A DNA stretch of 64,000 nt. Source: Amoebophrya sp. A120 (lineage: Eukaryota; Protista; Dinoflagellata). The DNA lies in NCBI GenBank assembly GCA_905178155.1, contig CAJINV010000003.1, positions 11,105,737 through 11,169,736 of the forward strand, in the 5' to 3' direction. Under the pieces are notes generated by a model that ran no database searches, was not told where the DNA came from, and worked only from the letters and a program-made list of their open reading frames with translations. Position 1 is the stretch's first letter. Every line of letters starts with the position of its first letter. The position numbers were made by a program, and so were the translations under genes. Shown here in pieces: positions 38,409 to 49,800 of the stretch.

Positions 38409-38801
38409 TTGGGGACGTGGAGACAACTTTTGCCCAGGATTGAGGGTTTTTTTCGCGAATTTTGGGATTACAAGAAGAGGTTCGCTCGCGTCCGTGGAAC
38501 CGACGGGCCGGGCGAAGATCCATTACTAGATAAGTTTGGCCGCTGCGCGCACCAGAGTCACATACTCGCGGTGCCAATGGAACAGGCCCGGAAGATACGG
38601 GATTTGCCGCGGGAATTCCCAATCGAGCACATGGTAGACACGATGATGTTCCAGGAGCGAACGGCGGAAGCGCAGCGCGCCGCCCAGAACGCCAAAATTG
38701 ACAACACCGATCGGGAATCCGACCTCACAAGCGCGGAGCTCTGGACAAAATTCTACGTGCAAGAGAACTCCATCGCCAGACGACTCATACCCACAATATA
38801 A
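38409..38801 (+). CDS. Coding segment, probably the last exon of the upstream membrane-protein gene
   Basis: 130-codon ORF with coding-like GC; splice junction not resolved. Confidence 0.45.
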   Translation: MGTWRQLLPRIEGFFREFWDYKKRFARVRGTDGPGEDPLLDKFGRCAHQSHILAVPMEQARKIRDLPREFPIEHMVDTMMFQERTAEAQRAAQNAKIDNTDRESDLTSAELWTKFYVQENSIARRLIPTI

Positions 38802-39921
38802 TTTTTGCCCGACTGCTTTTGTATGATTATGTATAGGCTGTAACGGCTGCTAATTTGAAGTTGTCTCAAAGTCTGAAGCAAAGCAGGTTTTGCTCTTCAT
38901 CTTCTGGTGCCGAGTGCGAATCCGAAAGTAGAACTGGAAGAACAAGAACTGCAATACTTTCCAAGAAAGCAGGCTACTTACTGTGGTGCACCCCTCGTGG
39001 CTCTGTACTTCTTCTGTAATTGTATGATAGCAGCGAATTAAGGTTGACGGCTTGGTCCGAATGCGAATGAAATACAATTTAATAAAAAGGACTAGATCAT
39101 TCATCAATCATTGCTTTTGCTTCCGACCGAAGAAGGCAGGGGCGAACAGAGTACTTACGTCCTTGCTTGTGCTTGTCGTCCGGCAGCAGGCGCATTTCAG
39201 TCAGGACAGAGTGTTCCGTCCAGCAACACGATCTTGGTGCAGGAGAAAAGAGAAACACACCTAAAAAGGGCAACTCTTCAATGACAATGAAGCGTCGCGA
39301 TAGAAGAAAAGCAAATGGGAGCGAGTATGAGTAGTTGCTAGTTCTTAGACGTATGATTTTTACCAGCACTGTTTATTCATTGAGCCTCTCAATTATCACC
39401 GAGGCACGCAAAGGCAAACAAGAGGCTCAATCACGTGTGAGTTCGTTTTTTGAATTCCAAGTTTTGGAATATGATTGTGACTCGGACTACCTCTATTGAA
39501 TGCGGTACTGGCAGCCTTTTACTACTATGCACGAAAAGCTTTAGATGATGACGAGGACGAGGAGCCCTCGAATATCATCACAAGAAAACAGTAGATAAAG
39601 GCTGCCGAAAGTTCAAGTTTCCGTGGTCGATGAAGGTTTTTGAATCATTTTACGAGAAGACATCACAATCACTGAAAAACAAATAGACTTCTTTATTTTG
39701 TTTTCCCCTGAACAAGACACCTTCAAATAATGTGTATAAAAAAGACCACCTCCTGTTCCTGGGTTGGAGGTGTCGCTTTCTTTACTGGTGGTCGAGAAAA
39801 AAGTTGTTTGAACTTCAACTCCCAGAGCGCAGCGGAACGCTAAAGCCTGTCACTGTTCCCTTCCTGCGACAAAAGAACAAAGCCGGAATAGGGTCTTCAC
39901 TGTGTCGAGCCTGGGAATAAA

Positions 39922-42900
39922 ATGGAGGGGCTGGACGATCATCTGTCTGCGCTGAAGACGGAATGGGTCGTGCTGAAGGAAAAGTATTTCTACGGAGAGC
40001 AAATTGACCCGGTGTTTGAGGGGACGGTGCGGGATTTTTGTGAATTCGACCAAGTGATGCAGGAATTGTACAAAAACATCGAACAGTTTATGCGCAGCTG
40101 CGAGAACCTGTGCACGGGGATTCTCAAGGTAGCGGAAACCGTGGTCCAGGGGATGGGCAAAGAGAAAGACCCCCAGATTGCGGCCGAATCCTGCAAGCTG
40201 AAGGAAGCGGCCAACCAGATCACGCGCGTGGATGCCCCCCACAGTGCTATAGCGAAGCTGCGCCGAGACATGGACTTCAACATTCTCAATCCGATGCGGC
40301 AGCACTTACTGAACAACCGTACTACTTGCTCGTCGACATGTTGAGGACGTCATAGTCATTGATTCCACTTTACAATTTCGCAGATTTTTGTCATATGGTT
40401 ATATCGCCATATGTACCGTGCAAAAAACCCTCTTGCAGGGAGCAACATCATGATTTAATTAGAGGAGGGTCACAAACCTAATCCTTAGGTCCGCACCGGA
40501 CTTATGGACCACCCGGCCGGATGGTCCTTAGGTCCGGTGCCCCAAAAGTTACTTTGCGTAACTGCAACAGCTCAGTCCTACTCTGACGGCCGAGCTCTTC
40601 CGTGAGATTCCGCATATATTCAAGGGCAGAGCCACACTAATGCTTGCGCGAGCTATACTTCTCAGAAGGCTTGCACTCGCGCGGTGGAATTGATGAATGC
40701 AATTTCTTGAAAAGCAAAAGGCGGCCTCTATATGTTTTTACTGACGCACACTACGTTAGAGAAAACTGTCCCCACTACCCCGGTTTTCCCCAAATCAAAA
40801 ATTTTTTTATGAACTGATGCAACAACACGGCCACCGGCCGCGCAGCCCGCCCGGATAGTGTCCGCTAGTGGATCTTCTTCACGGATACTTTCTGAGGCTG
40901 TTACGTATGCAATGGAGCAAGCGGGATAGCGGCGCGCAAAAGTCGGCGCATGAGCTGACGGGGCAGCAAGCTTTGTGGATGTGTGTAGCTACTTCGGCCC
41001 CATCCGCGCGTGGGCTACTGCAACGCGGCCCCGCCACACTGGCCGCGCCCAACTTCTGAGGCTCCGGCCTCACCGTTTCCCTGGGGGTCGTGCATGCGTA
41101 CCTTTTCGGGAGGTTTCTGGTGCTCGTTTTGGTGGCCGAAAGTGCGTAGATAGCTGCTTAGGGCCGAAATCCCCAGCATACGTTTTTTTTCTCGCCAGCG
41201 TGTCCGAACATGCACTCAGGGAAACGGTGCCGGCCAGCCTCAAGCGGAGAAGACAGGTCCGCGGCAAGGGGCATTGCGTTCAGCCTTAGGTGGCCGGGGG
41301 GCGGGTCTGGCATGGGCGCCTTGCCCAGGGCGCTGCCTCGCGGGCCCCGAGCTGCTTGCGCCCCAAAAAGCCGGGCAAGGCGTGCAGTGTCTTTGAGTCC
41401 AGCAACACACCTGGGGGAGCGGGCTTCGGTCTGGCCATTCGCGGCGCAGGTCGCTTGCGAAGGGCCCGCCCTGCTTACAATTGGATCGAAAAAAAAAAAT
41501 TGTCTTTGGGGAAAACCGGGGTAGTGGGGACAGTTTTCCCTACCGTACACACGCAATGCCATAGGCAGTTCTGGATTGATGCAGTGCACGAAGTTTGTTC
41601 TTTTCTATGTATTTGTGGGACTTTCTATATTCCCTTTCCGCTAAAAACATCACCCGTTGGCCGACGTCGATCGCGCAGGCACAGTCACAATCATGTCGGG
41701 AGCGGCGCCGCAAGAAAACAGCCAGTACAGCGCCAACAATTGCCCATCACTAGTATTGTTCATCATCACCGCCATCACCTCTACCTCCAATCAATCCGGA
41801 AACGCCGCCCCGGCGACGGTTGCGACGGCGGCATCGGCGTTGGTTGCGTTGACACGGAGGAGGGAGAGGTGGTGGTGGTGACGACGCTGACGCTGCGCCG
41901 GCTGTTTTTCCTGCGGCACCGCTCCCGATACGATTGTGGCTGTGCCTGCGCGAACGACGTCGGTGTGCCTGCACGAACGACGTCGGCCAACGGGTGACGT
42001 TTCATTTTAGCGGAAGACGAATATAGAAAGTCCTATAAATGCATACACTGCAATGCAAAATCAAAAGCGAAACTTTCCAAATAGCTTCAAAAACCAAATA
42101 GAAAGTCCTTCCTAGTGCATATAAAGAAACTTCTTGCACTATCTACGTCAAAACTGCCTATGGCATAGTGCCGCCTCTTCGTGCAGAAATTGAATAACAT
42201 GCAGAATCTCGCGTAAGAGTTCTGCCGTCAGAGTGGGGCTCAGCTGCTGCAACTCCTCCTCATGCAGTTACGTAAAGCAACTTTTGGGGCACCGGACCTA
42301 AGGACCACCCGGCCGGGTGGTCCGTAAGTCCGGTGCGGACCTAAGGATTAGGTTTGTGACCCTCCTCTTATTGTTGTTCGCCTATAAATATTGGACGAAA
42401 TAAGTAGTGTGGTCTATCATGCTCCTCAGCATCGACACTGGAGGAAATTCTTCAAAAAGTATATCTTTAAAGAAACATTACCAACTCCCGATCGCACCGC
42501 CTCAGGCAACCTGAAGAGCAACCTGGAGCAGCGTCGGCGGCTATGGATGTGTCAGAGTTGAAATCGACAAAGTTGAAATAATTTGTAATGCATAAAATGC
42601 GACACAGAGACTGACTCTATTGCTGAAGGCGCAAGGGAGGCAGATTCTAGTGCTGGTAAGGGTCAAGCATTGGGCTGCTGACTAGCATGACAGGGAGCAG
42701 CCATCTTGCCCTAAACAGCATGACAGACTTGCTTCAGAGGCCAGGAAAATTTGTCATGCGCCGATTGGAAACTGCGGGTCCAACTGGTATAGATTTTATG
42801 CATCACAAACTATTTCAACTTTGTTAATTTCAATCCTGACAGTTCCATAGCGGAAGCTGATGGAGTACAAGAGCGCGAAAAAGCAGGTAGAGGAGCTGGG

Positions 42901-45208
42901 TAAGAAAAACCTGGTATCAAGTGCAAAAATGTCTGGGTCTGGAAGAATGCAAGTTTGTCATGCTTGTCTCGCATGACTCTTAAATTTGTCATGCACATTA
43001 CCCAAGAGCCCCATTTTTGTGGCATGCAGAAACGCAGTTTGTCATGCAGAATAGGCAACACCTAGAAGCTCAGAAACTTGTCATGCTGAGCCAGCATTTG
43101 TGGCCTCTTCGTAATACGCTACCCAGCATCACAAGTTTCCAGACCCAGACATTTTTGCATTTGATACCTGGGAAAAACGGACAAAAAGGTGATGCAGGCG
43201 GACGCCGCCCTCACAGCTGCCAAGGCACAGTTTGTCGAGTGCGACCGAAACGTGTTTGAGTGGCTCTACATCCTGGATGAGTACAAGGGCGACATCTTGG
43301 ATAGCACCATCCAGACCATAAAATACCTCCAGTACGAGTTTTTTGCCTCGTCCGCCCACGCGCTAAGCGGCGTGCTTCCGAAGCGGATGGAATTTCGCCC
43401 CATGGTCGAAATGACGCCGGAGCACCTAGAAAACCAGGTCGACATAGAGCTGCAGGAGACCGACCCAAACGAGGAATATCCTGTTGTATAAGGAGTATCG
43501 TACTCGTGGCATCTATGCCTGGCACGACACATGATGTGGTCCTGCTTTTATTTTACCGTAATCATAAGGTGCGTGACAACTTCGACTTCCATGCTTGTTG
43601 GTGGAAAAATCAGACTTTGATCTTGATGTCAACATTCTAGCGCGTGCGCGATACAATACTTCTTTGTTTCGCAATTTATACGGAACAAGAGGAGCCCATA
43701 ACAGATTTTGGAATCAAGCTCATTACCAAGCTCGAACGGGACGGCCGTGCGGTAGAAGAGGAGCCGGTACATCATCTTTTCTGAGGTTATTTTCGCTTTC
43801 ATCTCGAACTCGATTCTTACTCCGGTGTTTTCAGAAAAGAGTCGTATATATGACAAAAGAATGTATTTTTTCTTCTTGCAAAGCTATATGCAAGTAGTCG
43901 TGCACCAAGGCACCACTCGTTCATGTTTTCACAGAAAGTCGCCGTCGATCCCCTGTCGCTTTCGAGCTTGCTCAGCCAGGGATTTGACGAAGCTGACGCC
44001 CGCCGAGCACTTCGGCTACACAACAACGACACCCAGAGTGCCATGGAGTGGATTCTGAACGGGGGCAAAACCGCGAGTTCGGCCTCTGATGCCCAAGACG
44101 GCGTGCGCATGCCCACCACGATTCGAAGGATACAAAAGCTGCGAAAAAAGAGAAAGGATGAACGCGAAAAGCAGCGCGCTGAGAAGGCTGCGCGCGAAGG
44201 CGGTAAGAAGTTCTTGCTCCTCATCGTGTCCGTCTTCGTATGAACTATGATATATGAATTACGTATCATTTGACCTTACTTCTCTAACTCTATGAGGACT
44301 AGCTCAGGAATGCCACTGCTGCATTCACCAAGAAGTAAACACAACTGGGCTGCTGGACGAAGACATGCGTTTTTGCTATATGTTGCTTCTTTATCATCTT
44401 TTGTTTCTTTATTATCTGCTGCAAGCACATGATGCAACAAACAGTTGACAACGTCCGCCAGCCTACATTGGAAGAAATGGCTCAGAAGCAACCGGCTGCG
44501 CCCCCTGTGGACTTGCTCTCGTAGAACTTTTGCTCTCGTGCTTTTCTCGTTTTTATTTGCTCTTGAAGAGCCAGAATATATTGCTCAACTATAGATGTTC
44601 ATGCTGTTGTTGGTACCCACCTCCTCGTCAATTTTTGACGAGCCAGATACTCATACTGTTATTCTTTTGGACCATTGAACAAAACTACATGCTCGTGACC
44701 AACACCCTGAGAATGAATTTACAGATTGGATACCACGCCGCCGACCACTTCCGCCTCTAGTACGTCACCGCCGAGCGGTGGGCCCCCGCCGGATCTTCTT
44801 TCGCTGGATTCCGTCACAGATTTTTCAAAGCCGGTCACACGGCAATCTGTGCCCGAACAGCGCAGCTTCGACCCAAACGACTGCGAGCTCCGCGGGCCCG
44901 GTGCGGGATCGTCCTCTCCAAACACGCCTGCAGCAGCGACTGCTTCAGGAGGAGCCGCAACCGAAATGTCGCGGGAGCAGCTCATGGGTCTGTTGGCATC
45001 GGGTTCGCAGCTCACCCCGACCCAGCTCGCACAGGCTCAGAAACTGCTTGCTGCACCTTCCACTGCACCAGGTGCGGTCGCAAGCGGAGCACAGTCAAGC
45101 AACGTGGCAGCGCCGGCTCCGGTCGCGGCGAGCGGCGGGCAGAATGTTTCCACTGCCAGACCCGCCGCACCAACCGTCGCCTCCTCAATCGATGACCTGT
45201 TCTCCTAG
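39922..45208 (+). CDS. BAR-domain plus UBA-domain membrane-trafficking protein (exons 39922-40318, 42506-42541, 42855-42914, 43172-43476, 43686-43766, 43935-44202, 44445-44520, 44725-45208)
   Basis: Helical N-terminus with BAR-like DPVFEGTVRDF...ILNPMRQHL...LEQRRRKLMEYKSAKKQVEEL...AKAQFVECDR; UBA LSSLLSQGFDEADARRALRLHNNDTQSAMEWIL; two DLLSLD motifs and terminal IDDLFS. Confidence 0.82.
40462..42367. mobile_element. Non-autonomous foldback DNA transposon with TTA target duplication (PIF/Harbinger-like) inside GT-AG intron 40319-42505
   Basis: TTA|GAGGAGGGTCACAAACC ... GGTTTGTGACCCTCCTC|TTA; ~105-bp near-perfect TIR; imperfect symmetry continues inward to a centre near 41820. Confidence 0.88.
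40752..41547. mobile_element. Nested TIR element with TA termini and 5-bp target duplication CACAC
   Basis: CACAC|TACGTTAGAGAAAACTGTCCCCACTACCCCGGTTTTCCCCAAA ... TTTGGGGAAAACCGGGGTAGTGGGGACAGTTTTCCCTACCGTA|CACAC. Confidence 0.88.
42542..42849. mobile_element. TA-ended introner, same family as 18395-18705
   Basis: DR GCGGC/GCGGA; ~55-bp imperfect IR (ACAAAGTTGAAATAATTTGTAATGCATAAAAT); restores QRRRKLMEY. Confidence 0.92.
42915..43166 (+). mobile_element. TA-ended introner, 252 bp, GTCTGGGTCTGGAAG family
   Basis: Perfect DR CCTGG; reverse-complement twin of 56446-56697; restores KNLGKTDKK. Confidence 0.95.
43477..43680. mobile_element. TA-ended introner (old, AGTATCGTACTC family)
   Basis: DR AGGAA/CGGAA; TATCC...TTATA; excision gives DPNEEQEEPITDFG. 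Confidence 0.75.
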
Positions 45209-46878
45209 CAGTAGCAGGGTGGTTTTCATCCTCTCCACAGGAGCTGTCTACATCACAGTGCCAGTGCCAGTGGATAAGTTGAGCTACCTTCCTCCAGTTC
45301 TTGTGCAAATAAGCTACGGTTGAGAGTCTTCATCGTAGCTAGGCAATAGCTGTCGGTCAGCGTTGCTCCAGCTGCAGCGTTCAATGTTGCGAGTGGAAAC
45401 TGGAATACTAGTGCTCCTTGTCGCAGGAACGGACGAGGATGAAAAAGAAAAACGTATTTATAAAATTTTCGCACAGAAATGTAGAAGATGCGGCTTGTGG
45501 TCACCCGCGCCGGTTGTGCCACCTACTTTGAATGTACACAGTCAGCGCAGGAGAAACAGCTTCGATTCTTATTCGGTGGTCGCTGTGGCGGTGCCCTCGT
45601 CCTCGAACCGCTAATGTATGATGCTGAGAGGGTAACAATTCACTACGCACCGGGGGGTCCTCTCTCTGGGTCTGATTCGTGCGTCATCCTTTCTGGTGAA
45701 AACATCGCAGCAAAAAAACCGCAAAACCACTTCTGAGGTTGAGGAGCTTGAGCTTCATTACTTTTTTACAAAACGTGCAACGCATCGAGGAAAATGTCAA
45801 AATCAAAATAACCCGTCTGCGTGTAGTAGCGCCTTAATTGTGCATTGTGGTCAACACTTCGCCACTGTTTGCGGTGTTGAGCAGTTTCTCTTTTTTCTAG
45901 ACGTGCATCGTGACAATAGCGAAAGCTGTCGAGGATCATGTACGCAATGCAGATGGGTCATTCGTAGACTTAAATACTGTATTCTAAAAATGATCAAGAG
46001 TCGTGTCACCGCCATCAGTCACGATTAGATCTCAAAGTTGGGAGCGTCTATGTCATGTTGAACAAGCAGCAACTTGTGATGGTTTGGCAGTTCGAGCAAG
46101 CCCTGGCGAGTGTTGCATCAATCATTGGGCTTGAAGAGTGTGAGCGCAATAACAGGAGTCTACTTCGCACATATGCTGAGAGGATGATCAGGTGCAGATC
46201 AGTCACATCGGTTTCCGTGATCCCTTTGCAGCCTGCTGTCCCAGTCAAAACGTCATCCAGGTCCTTACTAACACACCAGCACTACAAGATCATGTAGTAT
46301 AGCATATATACTCAGCTACATCAACCTTATACATAGTAATGTTGTCGACTACTACGTTTATTTCTTTCTTTGTTTTTCCGATGAAAAGGTGATAAATATG
46401 GTTTCCACCACAGTGTCAGGGGGTCTGCATCCTGCCAATCCTGTATGATGTTTCTTAAGAAGTTCTTCGGTATTCATTTTCTTAACCAGTGAAAGTAATT
46501 CGCGTCGAAGTCGATCTCCTTCTGCTCGTCCTCGTCTTCGTGATAAGTAGTAGTTCACCAGGCAATTATGAACAAAAGATGCGCATTGTCAGTTGTAGAA
46601 ACGTTGTTGCAACCAGACGTCTTCGGCTTCGCCGCCTATGAAGTAGATGTTGTCACTTTTTACACCACCTGAGGATCAGGCCATGCGTCGCCTTGTCCCG
46701 CTAATTGCAACGGCGCAAGAAGAGCTACAGCTTGGCTGCACAACGGGGACAACAAGTATCAAGGCAACCGCTTTGGTAGTTATTTGCGAAGATTTCTATG
46801 ACTGGTACCCGGCACCACACCCTCTCGCTCCGTCACGGTCATTCGAAAGCGGCCATCGACCTTGAGTTGGTTCTTGAC

Positions 46879-49800
46879 ATGTCAGGGTCATCCGATCGCC
46901 GCAAAAAGTTTGATTTTGGTTTTGTTCGGGCGAGTTCCAGTGTCGTAGCTGCTCTGTTTTGGAGGTGGTCCTTTAGTATCGTACTCGTCGGTCAGCACGT
47001 AGAACTACGCCCGCCCCGTGTAGCGTTTGCAACTACAAACGTGGACCCAAACAATGTGGGACCGACGGGCGTGCCGACGGAGCAAGACTATGCTTGCATC
47101 TTTGAGTGCGCAGAGCGCGAAAATTTTGCGAGCCGTGTACCGGAGACGACGGACACGGCACGGCTCTACGGCTGGAACTCGTCCTGGAAAGAGCCACTAC
47201 GCGGGCAAACGACTGCAGAATCGCTGCGCAATTGCTGGAATCCCTTCTACCGGGCTGAATGCTGCGACAGTGGCGCACTTGCGCTGAGTTACTGCTACGA
47301 AAACAAATATCAGGGCTGCCGCGACAACGCTACAGAGCGCACATTCCCCGTCTCGCATCTGACAGCGTCGTGCGGCTTCGAGCCGGAGGGGGTTCGAGAA
47401 AACGTCGACGTGGAAGTGCAATTGCAGTTGGTAGCGACGCATCCCCGTGAAGAGCTCTCCGTGGTGCACTTGCGAAAGTTTTTCGATGCACTCGGCCTAG
47501 TTGTGAGCAGGAACAGCAGTACTTCTAGTAGCACGACGGGGGCAACTAGTGGCTCGTCCACGACCAGCCCGACGTCCTCCTTCCTCACACTTCGCGAAGA
47601 CGCGGACTATTGTAGTCTTGGGAAAACGCACGTGGATTGCCTCCGGCTGGGTTGCCAGTGGCTTGATGGCGGGGATGGGGTCCCCTATGCCCAGACCTTT
47701 CGGCGCTGGACGCCCTTGAATCGTTGCCGCCCCTGTCTGGATGACCCGTTCCTCTTGCATGCCGAGCCCTGGAGCGCCGTGCCCGGCTTCAACTGCTACG
47801 GGGATCCTGCAAACGCGTGCACGTGCGTCAAAAACCAGCACCCGGGCCTATGTTCCACAAACCAACACATGCAGGTTGCATGCCCGCGGACCTGCGCGGC
47901 CGAAGTTGCGGGAGCGAGCGGTGCTGTTCTTGCCCTTGCCAGTACCGTCATGTGTTCGGTCGTCAACGCGTCTTCTGTGGTGCGCGGCCTTGTCGGCACG
48001 GCAAAAGGAGGTGGCGGGTCGAACTCAAATCCTGGAAATGTTCTCAGTGGCACTACGACGACTTCTACCCTAACAGAACCTTCGACGTTCGACGGGGTTG
48101 GCAGTGCAGGCTTTGTTGACTTCTTGCGCAAAGCCTTTGTCAACATTACCGGACCCGTTTCCGTAGGTAGCACTACAGCCACGACGCTGCAGGCGGATGC
48201 AGTAGAGGACAGCACCAATGAAACTTACCAGCCGCTCGCTGGAGGCCTCGCCTTGCCCTACGGATTCGAGCTAACCGACACACGTTCGCCGGTTCAACGG
48301 GGAGTCGCTGCTTTGGCCAACTACGTGTCGACAGACTGTCGCCAAAAGATTGATCGCGCCCTGGCGTACGTCCGGACGAAATACGGCACGGTTGACTATG
48401 CCTGTGGCGCCGTGGATGGCGGTGTCAACCTCTGCAGTCTCACGGACGTGCAGATCGGCGTGAGCCCGCGAAGCGCCACGTTCGGTGACCTGCAGCGGTT
48501 TTTCTGGTGTCAAGACACAGCCCAGTGCCAGAGCCAGCAGGGCCTGACTGCGCCACCCTACTGCAGCTCGCCACCATGCGACTCCTGTGCGACCCTCACA
48601 GTGTCGGCGCCAGTATCCAGAGTGAAAACGCACCTGGCGGTAGTCGTGACCCTGATTTGTGACCACAGAGCACACCTACAATGACTAGCGCAGGCCTAAA
48701 AGAAATATATGCGGCTCTTCATGCACAGCCCCGCGACTATTAGTGTTTTCTCATGCTGTTAGCTGGGGCGGCTCAATTTGTGACGCTACTGCGCGGCGCC
48801 TCGCCAAGAACAATGAATGAGAGCAATATACATAGATAGACCTAGCAAGAAAGCCATTCACCTCACACATAAGAGCGGGAGCCTTTGACTTGTGTAGCAA
48901 AACTGACTGAAGCTGAAGCTCTGCGGGTACATAGTTTTCACTCAGGATAGGGAGTCGGCGGCTGTGTGGGCTGGGTCGATACGCACTTCAACAAGCGAGC
49001 GGCCACTCGCGACGACTCCGCCCCGCTGGCCACGCGCGCCATCTCGGAGTGGGCAGCTCACAACAAGGGGCTTTGTCAGGGACCCTGTGCCGGGGATGCG
49101 GATTGTATGCACGGGCTCAAGTGCTTCAGCGATCTGCCGGCCGGAGTGGTCACCCCGGGTTGCGTGCTGGCGCAGCACCTAGACGCGTCGACTGCGTTTT
49201 CCGTGTGCGCGCCACCCGCAGGAGAAGACCTGCCAAACTTCTCGGTGGTCACCGGGGTCCCGGTGCTGGACGCCACCCGGGAGGACGTCTGGCGTTACGC
49301 CTACTGCAGCTACCGACACAACTCCAGCGCGGCTTGCCACAACGTGCCGGCCCCTACAGGGTGCTCCCGGCCGCCCTGCGACGTTTGCCCCGTCGCGAAA
49401 GAGGAAGAGCCTGCGTGCGAGTACGGACCTCTGAACGACACGCAACTGGTAGATGCAGAATGCTTGGCGGAAGTAAACCGGGTGCGTCTCGGGCAAGACG
49501 TGTCCTACCTCGGAAACGAGTCCGTCTGGCGCAATGTGACTGGGGTTTCGCAGAACAGCAGCACGTGGGCCGACGTGGCGCGGCGCTTGCGCTGCCACTA
49601 CCTGTCGGCGGGAACAACAAATAATGCGAATAGCGTTAATACGCAAGAAAACACGAACTGCAGCAAGATTGAGCTTTTCTCGTGCTCTCACCCGCCCTGT
49701 GACACGTGCAACGCTTCGCTCGGGATGCAGTACGCGCCACCGGAAGCGCAATGCGCGCTACGGAATAACTTTCTCGCTGAAAACGCGACTACACTAGTCG

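Noticed and set aside
40868-42005. ORFs inside the foldback and nested elements as a transposase
   Set aside because: Short and low-complexity, with no recognisable DDE or Myb/SANT motifs.
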